Shown piece after piece: positions 10,812-19,713 of a stretch of 64,000 nt of DNA. Under the pieces are notes generated by a model. The model made no database searches and was not told the origin of the DNA. It saw nothing but the letters and a program-made list of their open reading frames with translations. The position numbers and the translations under genes are program-made. This DNA comes from Candidatus Krumholzibacteriota bacterium (GTDB lineage Bacteria > Krumholzibacteriota > Krumholzibacteriia > JAJRXK01): assembly GCA_963764625.1 (NCBI GenBank), contig CAVXTH010000007.1, positions 224,001 through 288,000 on the forward strand. Direction: 5' to 3'. Every line of letters begins with the position of its first letter. Within the stretch, counting starts at the first letter, position 1.

Positions 10812-11405
10812 ATGTCTGAATCGCCTTTGAACGTTTTGGCGGTCGCCGGAAGCCTCCACGAAGGGTCCGTGACCCGCACCGTTCTCTCGTATGTTGCAGA
10901 GCAACTGCGCGAGAAGGGCTGCGTAGTCGACCTGCTCGACCTCAAGGCCGAGCCGCTCGCGCTCTACAATCCCGATTCCGCCTATGACGCGCCCGAGTAC
11001 GAGTCAATGCAGGCGCGCGTGGATTGGGCCGATGTCTTCGTGCTCGGCACTCCGGACTATCATGGCAGCGTGAGCAGCGCGCTCAAGAACTTCCTCGATC
11101 ACTTCTGGCACGAGTTCTGCGGTAAACTCGTGGCCACCGTCGTGGCCTCACACGAGAAGGGGCTCACCGTCACCGACCAGCTTCGTACGATTGCCCGGCA
11201 GTGCTACGCCTGGACCCTGCCCTACGGCGTGTCGTTCCACGGACGAAACGATCTCACACACGGTCAGATTTCCAACGACGCGGTGAAGAAGCGAGTCGAC
11301 ATGATGATTCGCGACGTGGAGGTGTACGGACGACTTCTGGCCGCGCAGCGCAGGGCCGATCTCGCGGGAAACGAGCCCGGCTTCCTGGCGCGCCTGCGCA
11401 AGTAG
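10812..11405 (+). CDS. NADPH-dependent FMN reductase (flavodoxin-like fold)
   Basis: VLAVAGSLHEGSVT, GTPDYHGSVSSALKNFLD. Confidence 0.88.
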   Translation: MSESPLNVLAVAGSLHEGSVTRTVLSYVAEQLREKGCVVDLLDLKAEPLALYNPDSAYDAPEYESMQARVDWADVFVLGTPDYHGSVSSALKNFLDHFWHEFCGKLVATVVASHEKGLTVTDQLRTIARQCYAWTLPYGVSFHGRNDLTHGQISNDAVKKRVDMMIRDVEVYGRLLAAQRRADLAGNEPGFLARLRK

Positions 11406-11413
11406 AATGCAGA

Positions 11414-12103
11414 CTATAGCGGCAAACGCTCGGGTTTGCTTCTCACCTGGTTGCCCAGGGCATCCACCGCCACGATCTGCGCGAACAGAACCGTAGTGCT
11501 CGATTGCGCTCCCAAATCGGCGCGCGTGAGCGAGAGGTGTGGCCCGGAGAGCTTACGCTCGAGAGCAATCTTTCCGCCCGATGTGGTGATGACCACCGTG
11601 GGTTCCTTCAGCGACGGGTCAATCTGGCAGTCGAGTTCCCATGTGTCCGGCGCCGTCTGCCGCACCTTTAGGGACACGGGAACTTCCGTCGATCCCGCGC
11701 GCACGGTATGACCCAGGTCGGTTGGGGCAGAGGGCCCTCGCAGTTGGTAGATTCCGATCGCGAACACGGCGAGGGATGCCGCGAGCAGACCTCCAGCGAG
11801 CCAAAACGACCGTCGTGGCTTGAGGGGGACAATGTTCTCGGAACTCGCCGGCTTCGATTCCGCTTCTGTGTCCAGACGATCTCGCAGCCGCACGGCGAAG
11901 GAACTCCTCAGGTCCTTCGAGTGCTTCCCTAGGCTGGAACCCACGGGCACCGAGCTCACCTCTCGCGCCAGCGCCAACTCCGCGCGGCAGGCGCCGCAAT
12001 GTTCGATGTGGGTCTCCAGCGCGTCACGCTCGCTCGCATCGAGCTCGCCTTCGCAATAGGCCAAGAAGAGGGCGGGATCAACGTGTCCGGAATCTCGGTT
12101 CAT
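11414..12103 (-). CDS. Zinc-finger (zf-HC2/ZAS) membrane anti-sigma factor
   Basis: LAYCEGELDASERDALETHIEHCGACRAEL (HxxxCxxC), single TM helix, C-terminal extracytoplasmic domain; directly downstream of the ECF gene. Confidence 0.85.
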   Translation of the reverse strand: MNRDSGHVDPALFLAYCEGELDASERDALETHIEHCGACRAELALAREVSSVPVGSSLGKHSKDLRSSFAVRLRDRLDTEAESKPASSENIVPLKPRRSFWLAGGLLAASLAVFAIGIYQLRGPSAPTDLGHTVRAGSTEVPVSLKVRQTAPDTWELDCQIDPSLKEPTVVITTSGGKIALERKLSGPHLSLTRADLGAQSSTTVLFAQIVAVDALGNQVRSKPERLPL

Positions 12104-12106
12104 GGC

Positions 12107-12754
12107 TTACTCGTCTCCCAAGAAGTTGAAGAGCGCCTTCTCTCCAAACTGCGCGCGCAGGGCCTGCCGCAGCTTGCGATGCGCCGTGGCCAGATGGGTT
12201 CGCGCCCCGGAGGTGTTGGTCAGGCCGATGACTTGATTGATCTCCTTGACCCGCAGCCCCCAGTAATACCGCAGGTGCACGACTTCCTGCTCCCGGGGCG
12301 AGAGCTCTTCTTTACAGATCCCAGCGACAAGTCGCGCCATCTCGCCCTGCTCGACCTCCAGCGCGGGATCGGCAGGGTCGATCAACTCGGTGGCCCAGAC
12401 CTCCTCCATCTCCTCCGTGGCTACCTCGTGGCGTTGATGCCGACGCAGGTTGAAGCAACGATTCCGCACCAAGACATACAGCCACGAAGAGAAATGCCGT
12501 CGAGCGTCGTAGCCGGGAGGCCTCTCCAGGAAGGAGAGGAAGACTTCCTGTGTGAGGTCATACGCCAAATCTTCGTCTCCCAGGAGCCGACAGCACTGGC
12601 TGTACACCCGAGTGTGGTAACGTTCAAACAGCACTTCGAGGGCTCGACCCCGATCGACGCCCTCCGCTGACGGAAGTCGCTCTTCCCGGACGACTGCGAA
12701 GAGCTCATCATCCGACCATTCGTCGAGCGTGAGATCACTGGCGGCTTCACTCAT
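12107..12754 (-). CDS. ECF RNA polymerase sigma-70 factor
   Basis: Region 2 (LAYDLTQEVFL...FSSWLYVLVRNRCFN), region 4 (LSPREQEVVHLRYYWGL..KEI...ARTHLATAHRKLR); start uncertain. Confidence 0.9.
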   Translation of the reverse strand: MSEAASDLTLDEWSDDELFAVVREERLPSAEGVDRGRALEVLFERYHTRVYSQCCRLLGDEDLAYDLTQEVFLSFLERPPGYDARRHFSSWLYVLVRNRCFNLRRHQRHEVATEEMEEVWATELIDPADPALEVEQGEMARLVAGICKEELSPREQEVVHLRYYWGLRVKEINQVIGLTNTSGARTHLATAHRKLRQALRAQFGEKALFNFLGDE

Positions 12755-12757
12755 TGG

Positions 12758-12783
12758 AACACCGTTCCCTGCGGGTTTGGCAA
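12758..12783 (-). promoter_or_regulatory. Putative ECF promoter TTGCCA-N15-GTGTT (autoregulatory copy)
   Basis: Minus strand reads TTGCCA AACCCGCAGGGAACG GTGTT CCA ATG; same motif at 16411 and 51553. Confidence 0.6.
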
Positions 12784-12844
12784 GAGCAAGGAGTTCTACA
12801 CCGCATTTGACTGCAGAGCGTGCTGGGGGGAAACTGCGATTTAC

Positions 12845-15800
12845 ATGAATCTTAGCGCGAATCACCGCATTTGGGGAAGGAAGAGGCTGTCTCGCGACGC
12901 CTTGGCCCGGCTCACTGTCATACTGGTGGGTTTGACGACCCTCCTGCTTCCTCTCGTCTCACGGGCAGAGACTCCTCTGCAGGCCTGGGAACGCGTCGAG
13001 GCCATTCGACAGGAGCAGGGACCCGAACGAGCCCTTCCGCTGGCGCGAAACGCTCTCCATGGGCAGCCGGATTTCCCTCCTCTGTGGAGCCAATACGCTC
13101 GGCTTCGCGCCTCACTGGGTGGATACACCGGTGCTCGTGGCCTGCGTGACTCGCTGCGCGCGCACGGTACTCTGACCCAAGCACGAGTGACGGAAAGTTT
13201 CTTGGCCGCGGAGGAGAGCCGGTTTCAAGCAGCATTGGACACCTTGGCACTTCTGTCTCTTCCTCCCGCGGGCACTCCCGGCGAGGTCTTTCGTTGGCTA
13301 GACCTGGCCGCGATCAACGTGAGCGCGCGCCAGCTGGATCGTGCGGACAGTTTGCTCATACTCCTGAGTAACTCTACCGCGATTCCCCCTGGGGAGAAAT
13401 TTGCGCACTCTTACGTTCGGCTCACGATGGAGCTGCTTCGTGCTGCCCTGCAGCTCCACCAAGGGCAACATGATCTGGCGCTTGCCCGGCTGGACAGGCT
13501 GGCAAAAGGGGCGGCGTCTGAAGGATTCCTGGATCTGAGTATGCGGGCTCAGCACCTGCGCGCGCGGAGTCTGTCCGCTCTCGGCAGGTATGAACCGTCA
13601 CTAGCGGCTTACGAGTCGGAACTGGTACTGGCGCACAAGCTCGAGGATCGCTGGCAGATCGCCGCCATTGCCGCGTGGAAGGCCTGGGCGCTGGAACAAC
13701 TGGACGCGATACGACGCTGCTCTGAAGCTACGAAGGCTGTGTCTGGTCGAATTTCCCCAGTTGGGCGACACGCTCGGCACTTCCTACAGCTTGCTCAGCA
13801 TGGGGTGGGATGCTCTGCAGATCGGTGAGACGGATACGGCGGAGAATCTGATGGAGCGAGCTCGACGATTTGGACGGCAGAGGAAGTGGAAGTGGATGGA
13901 AGGTCAGGCCTGCATCAACCTGGGCGTGCTGTACATGAATTCCGGTCGATTCGATCTCTCGATGGAGGCGCTTGAACGAGCCCGAACCCTGGCCTCGGAA
14001 GAGAAGGATACGTACCGGGAACGATCAGCCCTCAACAACATCGCAATTCTGCACATGGAGCGAGGGCGGCCTGACCGGGCGCTCGAGATCTACGAGAAGC
14101 TGCTTGCCATTCAGAGAGAGCACAAGAACTACCATGCGCAGGTGACCGTTCTCAACAACATGGCTTTGGCCAGCGAGCGAATGGGTCAGGATGCGCAGGC
14201 TCGCGTGATGTACGAGCAGAGCGTGGCACTGGCCGAAGAGCGGGGACTCCCCAACAACGTGGCCCGGATCAATCTGGGGCGGAACGCCAGCGTCAACGGG
14301 CGGTGGGCTGAAGGTGAACACACTCTGCGCGCGGCAATCGCCGACGCGCGCAAACGGCAGGATACGGGTCAGCTTGCCGCGGCGCACGCTCAGTTAGGTT
14401 CCTGTCTCTGGTTCCAGGGGAAGGGAAAGGAGGCTCGCGACCATCTTCTGATAGCCGACCGTCTGCGCAGGGACGCGGGAATCGTGATGGAACGGGTGCA
14501 CGACCTCCTGCAATTGGCGCAAGTCGAAATCGGACTGCAACGAGGTTCCGATGCGCTGGCGACCCTCGATCGAGCGCAGCCCCTGGTCATGGGCAATGCG
14601 AGCGGATCCGAAGCAGCGCTTTACAGCATTCGAGCGCGCGCACTTTTGGAGCAGGGCGCGATCGAAGCGGCGCGCTCTCAGGCTCGTCGCGCCTTGGCAG
14701 TGGCCTCGACCTCATGGGTGGGGGAGGATGCGGGAACCCGGCTCGGACAGCAGATTGCGGCGGGACGCGCCCTTGAGGTGATGCTGGAAAGCGCGAAAGG
14801 CAGTGGCGAGAGCGAATCCCGAGATGTCGCTCGAGAGACCTTCGAATTGCTGCAACAGGTGCAGGCCCATGGTTTGCTCGAATACGTGCAGGGTGGTCAG
14901 CGCAGCATCGAACCTGACGTACCCGACAGTCTCCTCGAACAGGAACGGGCAGCGCGGGTAGCTGTCGATCATCTGCAGCAGGAACTCGGTTCGGGTCCAA
15001 ACTCGGCGGCATCCCGGGATTCGTTGCGATTGGCCTTGGCGGAAGCGCAGGCGCGGCAGGAACGTCTGCGCACGCTCATTTTTCGCCTGGACCAGCGTTA
15101 TCGCGAGATGACACAGCCGGCGGAAGTGGATTCGTCACAACTCGACAGGCTACTGGCACCGGGAACCCTGATTCTCGACTATCTCTGCGGTCGCGGGTGC
15201 CAACCAGGAGATTCCTGCCCTCTCTTGCTTTTCGCCGCCGACTCGTCGGGGGTGAATGCATACACCCTCGGACAAACCACCGATATCGCGCGGCAGGTGG
15301 CACTGTTGTCAGACTTACTGGCACACCCACCAGCGAGGGGAAAAGACGAGGATGTACAGCTCCTGCTGAGCGATCTCGGACACGTCCTGTTGGGGCCAGT
15401 CGCCGAACGCATCGATCGCTACGACTCCGTGATCGTGGTTCCCGACGGGGTGCTGACGCGAGTACCTTTTGCTGCTTTGAGGGTTCCGATCGCCGGAAAT
15501 CCTTCGCACGAGGTCTACGTGTTGGAGAAGACCACGATTCAGACAGTTCCCTCCCTGGCGGTCCTCTCTCAGCTTCGGCGCGCGCAATTGCATGAGCACG
15601 CGGCCAGGCCCCGATGGGACATTGCGATCTGGTCGGGCTCAGGCTCTGCCACAGAGGCGGGCGGCACACGCTCCAATCCGTCTCTCAAGCTTCCTCACGC
15701 GGAAGACGAACTGCGGGTTTTGCGATCGGGTTTCGCTCGTACCACCGTCCTGCAGGTGAACTCCAAGGAACTCAGGGCGAGTCACGGTGAGCTCTCGAGC

Positions 15801-16379
15801 TTGGTTCCCGTGGGCTCGAGCAAAGTGCTGCACTTCATCGCGCATGGATATTTCGACCGCCGGCAACCCTGGAGGTCGGGTCTCTATTTCACGGGTGGCC
15901 CGAACGGCCAGAGTCTTCAGAAACTCGAGATCGCGGACATCTACCGCATGAAGCTTCAGTGCAGCCTGGTCACCCTATCGGCCTGCGAGACGGCCCGAGG
16001 CAGTTTCGACGAGGGAGTGGGATTCCTCGGGCTCACCCAGGCTCTTTTCGGCTCTGGCGTGCCATCGGTTCTCGCAACCCTCTGGCCCATCGATGACGCG
16101 AGTGCCCCCAAGTTCATCAGCGCGTTCTACCGACAGCTCGTCACAGGCTCAACCAAGGCGGAGGCTCTTCGTCAGGCGCAATTACAGTTCCTGCAGGACG
16201 AGAGGTTCCGTCAGCCGTTCTACTGGGCGCCCTACGTGTTGATGGGTGACGGCGCGGGCACCGTGAAACTCACGTTGCGGCGTTCCGTTTCGCTCGCAAC
16301 CCCCGGGGTGACGCTGGCGATCGGCTTGTTGCTCCTGCTCGCGGCGCTTTGGTCCTGGCGGCGACGAGTCGGCCACTAG
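12845..16379 (+). CDS. Exported TPR-repeat CHAT (caspase-like) protease with C-terminal membrane anchor; +1 frameshift at about 13706
   Basis: Signal-like N-terminus; TPRs (ALNNIAILH, VLNNMALAS); CHAT motifs IVVPDGVL..VPFAAL, VLHFIAHG, VTLSACET, VLATLWPIDD, PFYWAPY; hydrophobic C-terminal helix followed by RRR. Confidence 0.88.
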
Positions 16380-16410
16380 CCCCCCGGGGATCTCACCTCG
16401 CCGATCTTCG

Positions 16411-16436
16411 TTGCCATTTTCCTTCGCTGGTGTGTT
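16411..16436 (+). promoter_or_regulatory. Putative ECF promoter TTGCCA-N15-GTGTT
   Basis: TTGCCA TTTTCCTTCGCTGGT GTGTT, 44 nt upstream of ATG 16481. Confidence 0.6.
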
Positions 16437-16480
16437 CCACCCTTGTCCGACGCTCAAACCGGGCAAGGGAGGCACAGCCA

Positions 16481-17020
16481 ATGAAGATCACGCTCGTGTT
16501 GGGAACGCTGCTCTTGGCGACCACGCTGGCCCTTGCCTCGACGGGCGCCGAGATCCACTGCTGGTTTCTGGGCATGGGTGGGGAGCCATCGACTTCTGCC
16601 ACGTATTCCCTTCGCTCGTATATGGGTCCATCGGTGGTGGGCGTTTCCACCTCGTCCAGTCACATTTTGGTGCACGGGCCCGTTCTGTGTTACCCGGCTA
16701 CGGTGACTGCGGTCGAAGATCCAAGTGCCTCTCTCCCAAAGTCAGTTCGGCTCCATCAAAACGCTCCCAACCCGTTCAACCCCCGCACGACGATTCGCTA
16801 CGATCTACCTGAAGACGCTCCTAAAGTGGAATTGAGGGTGTACGACCTGAGCGGGCGATTGGTGCGGACCCTCGTTGATGGTCCCCAATCCGCGGGATCG
16901 AAGTCTGTCGTATGGGCTGGTCGTGACGAGGCCGGCCGGTTCGTCGCCACCGGTGTCTATCTCTATGTGCTTACGACCCCCGCTTACCGTTTTACCCGAA
17001 AGATGGCGCTGGTGAAATGA
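16481..17020 (+). CDS. Small secreted protein with FlgD-Ig/T9SS-type C-terminal domain
   Basis: GGAGG RBS, signal peptide, short GG..S.S..YSL...G domain, QNAPNPFNPRTTIRY...RKMALVK. Confidence 0.82.
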   Translation: MKITLVLGTLLLATTLALASTGAEIHCWFLGMGGEPSTSATYSLRSYMGPSVVGVSTSSSHILVHGPVLCYPATVTAVEDPSASLPKSVRLHQNAPNPFNPRTTIRYDLPEDAPKVELRVYDLSGRLVRTLVDGPQSAGSKSVVWAGRDEAGRFVATGVYLYVLTTPAYRFTRKMALVK

Positions 17021-17205
17021 ACGGCTGGCAATACGAACACCATCGTTCGAAAAGAACCGCCATGCGCGGGGAAGTTCTCATCTCTCACTTCGTGGTGCTT
17101 GCCTGCAGACGGCGACACGAAGAGCGGAACCGGAAGACCCTCAGACGCCTTCAGATGAGTCATTCATGCGCCTGAGGGTTCACGTACTGATTTGCTCCTG
17201 AGACC

Positions 17206-17955
17206 TCAGTCGTCGTACTTCGCCTTCATGGCACCCCATGTCATCGCGGGCGCCGGTACCGGTGACTCGCAGGTCTTGAAGTTCTGCGTCTCGCCAGCCG
17301 TACCCCCCTGGCCGTCGAGAATGCTCCCCGGACAGCCGACCCAATCGATCTGGTATTCGATGTCAAAGAAGCTGTCGACCTGGAAGTCGGTTCCAGGCAA
17401 ACCCAGCCTGGTCAGCGTTGTGTGACCGGGGCTGGGCAACCCGAAATCCGCGCCTGCAGTGAGATGCAGAGTACAGAAATCCGGGTCACCGAAAAGTTGG
17501 CCCTCCAGGCTGTTCACCTCGCCATCGAAATCCTGCACTGCATCACCAGGAGTTCGTGGCGCCATGCTCATCGTTCCGTCCACCGGGAGAACGATGAACC
17601 GGTGGTAGCCGGCGAGGTCGCCGGTGCCGTCCATCGTCATTTCGAGATTGCCGGAGAACGTCGAAACGGTTCCCCCCAAGGTTCCACCGGGACCCTCCGG
17701 AGTCGAGCTGGTGACGATGAGGGCGCCGCTGATGTTGATCGTCGCGCTTCCACTGAAGCCACTTGTGATGTGCATGGCTCCGGAATAACCACTGGTGCAG
17801 AGGGGAGCCATGCCGACCGTACCGGAGCCGTCGTCCGGCTGGACGCAACAGGACGAACTCTGTGCGAACGCACCCTGGGCTCCCAAGAGAGCGGCCAGGG
17901 CGAGCAGCGGGAGGAGTCGAAAGAGAGGGCGTGTCGTCAATCGCAAGCTGTTCAT
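17206..17955 (-). CDS. Secreted hypothetical protein with C-terminal VP...TWG..K..Y tail
   Basis: AGGAG RBS, signal peptide ending AFA, beta-rich body with Cys residues, ends PVPAPAMTWGAMKAKYDD. Confidence 0.75.
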   Translation of the reverse strand: MNSLRLTTRPLFRLLPLLALAALLGAQGAFAQSSSCCVQPDDGSGTVGMAPLCTSGYSGAMHITSGFSGSATINISGALIVTSSTPEGPGGTLGGTVSTFSGNLEMTMDGTGDLAGYHRFIVLPVDGTMSMAPRTPGDAVQDFDGEVNSLEGQLFGDPDFCTLHLTAGADFGLPSPGHTTLTRLGLPGTDFQVDSFFDIEYQIDWVGCPGSILDGQGGTAGETQNFKTCESPVPAPAMTWGAMKAKYDD

Positions 17956-18086
17956 AGATGCTATCTCCTAAGCTGGGGGAACTAGTTCACAAGCCCCGAC
18001 CATACCATACCCGCCAGTTGGGGAGTGGCCCCGACCCGGTTGAGGGCGGGTTTCGATTGACAGGAGGGTCCCTGATGGCTATTTAT

Positions 18087-18105
18087 GAAATTGATTTTCA
18101 TTATC
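18087..18105. promoter_or_regulatory. Fur-family operator box
   Basis: Reverse complement GATAATGAAAATCAATTTC matches 16/19 of GATAATGATAATCATTATC; AT-rich island in GC-rich DNA; TTGACA at 18057-18062. Confidence 0.7.
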
Positions 18106-18130
18106 AATTACGGCGCGAGAGGCCGAGAGC

Positions 18131-18961
18131 ATGCCATTGGACCGCAAACCAATTGAATACAAACGAGTTAGTGGTCTTTGTCTTCGTAGCTCAGGGCTGC
18201 CCTGGATCGCCGGGTGTGTGGTCGCGCTGGCGTTGCACGCCCATCCAGGGAGCGCCTGGGCCCTGGATACTACCGAGGCCTTCGGCCTGGGGCTCAGCGA
18301 TGCCGAGGCCTACTTGGGCTACGACGGGCTGGGGCGGACCCAGAGTTCCCGGGAACTCTCCAACGAGTTCGTGCTGGGCTATGGGCTCAGCGACCGGGTG
18401 GCCCTCCGGGGGGGCGTGGGCTTCGCCGCCGAACAAAGCTATTTCGCAGGAGAGAAGAATCTGACTCTGGGATTTTTTTCGGAGGTGGGCGACCGGACGC
18501 ATTTCGACCTGGACTTCATGCTCGACCTCGGCGCCAGTGGGGACGCACTGGGCGACCTCAGGTTCGCCCCCGCGGTCGAAGTGAACTACGACCGCGACCC
18601 CGACATGAGCTCTTGGGGAATCTATCTGCGCACTGGGCCGTCTGTGTCTTGGCAATGGGAAGAAGTTGGGCCATGCACGCGAAATCGGCGGAACCTGATC
18701 GATTACGCAGTGAATCCCGGTGCGTATCTACGGCTCTCTCCGCGGTACGAACTTCTCGTCGAGTACGATTTGTTTCTTCCCTTGGGAAAGCGGCGTGAGC
18801 CCGACGAGACAACCCAAGTTGTCGGTCTCGGGCTCAACATACAGGTTTCCGAAGGGTTAGAACTCATCAGCCAAGTCCAGCGCGACTTTCCTCGGGGCGG
18901 CGAAAGGCCAAGGGGCGGTGTAGTCATCGGCTTCATTGTGACCCTGCCTTCTTGGCAATGA
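18131..18961 (+). CDS. Hypothetical outer-membrane beta-barrel protein
   Basis: Signal-like segment ending SAWA, alternating amphipathic strands, C-terminal GFIVTLPSWQ; true start may be downstream. Confidence 0.6.
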   Translation: MPLDRKPIEYKRVSGLCLRSSGLPWIAGCVVALALHAHPGSAWALDTTEAFGLGLSDAEAYLGYDGLGRTQSSRELSNEFVLGYGLSDRVALRGGVGFAAEQSYFAGEKNLTLGFFSEVGDRTHFDLDFMLDLGASGDALGDLRFAPAVEVNYDRDPDMSSWGIYLRTGPSVSWQWEEVGPCTRNRRNLIDYAVNPGAYLRLSPRYELLVEYDLFLPLGKRREPDETTQVVGLGLNIQVSEGLELISQVQRDFPRGGERPRGGVVIGFIVTLPSWQ

Positions 18962-19279
18962 GCTAGCTTCGCCCAGCACTCCGCAAACTTCGAGCGCGCT
19001 CTGTAACGAGCGATGCGAGTGCGAACAAGCCTTCATGACAGCGCGGAATTCTAGTTGCCGTCGCTGCTGTCGCGTTGCTTGCAATCGTGGGGTCGAGTTC
19101 CCTTCCGATTTATGGGTCGGATTCTCTGCATATTGAGAGAAGGAGGTCATGGGGAACTCTCGAATCGATCTCGAGAGGAGGATATCCCTGAGAGCAACAA
19201 AGAAGTCAAGGAACTGATCGCTCAGGGACGTGGGGCTGGAAGTAGTGGGTCGAATTCCAGTACCATCAATGCACTGGTC

Positions 19280-19642
19280 CTTTCCTTCCCCCAAAGGGAG
19301 TACTCTCATGAGTGCGACCTTGGCGTCCGCGGTCCCACCCAAAACGACACACACTTTGGCAAAGCGGTCACGACCGCCGGCGATGTCAATGGCGATGGCT
19401 ATGACTATGACGACATCATCGTGGGAGCGCCAAGCTACGATGCGCTCGGGAACCCCGCCAACGACAACGGTAAGGTTTTCGCCTACTACGGTTCCCCTAC
19501 CGGGACCGGAGGCACGGAGAATTGGTCCGTGACAGGGGGGGTGGGTTCACAACTCGGCGCCTCACTGGCGTCCGGCACCTACTTCGCGCGCCTGCAAATT
19601 CCCGGCACGGGGCAGACCCGCCGGATCACCCTGATGCGGTAG
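19280..19642 (+). pseudogene. Internally deleted paralog of the adjacent FG-GAP gene
   Basis: Colinear pieces matching about 19855-19905, 20470-20622 and 22971-23050; last piece 78/80 identical. Confidence 0.85.
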
Positions 19643-19713
19643 TCGGAGCGAAGACCCGATTGCCAGGCTCGGCCACAGATCTACGGTCTCTTTCCCCCGA
19701 AGGGTATTGTCAC

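Noticed and set aside
19140-19260. Strong RBS (AAGGAGG) with a short ORF and a protein-like alternate frame (EEDIPESNKEVKELIAQG)
   Set aside because: Cannot be assigned to any family by eye; possibly another relic but unsupported
19660-19685. Fourth copy of the TTGCCA promoter motif before the FG-GAP gene
   Set aside because: No GTGTT at the 15-nt spacing
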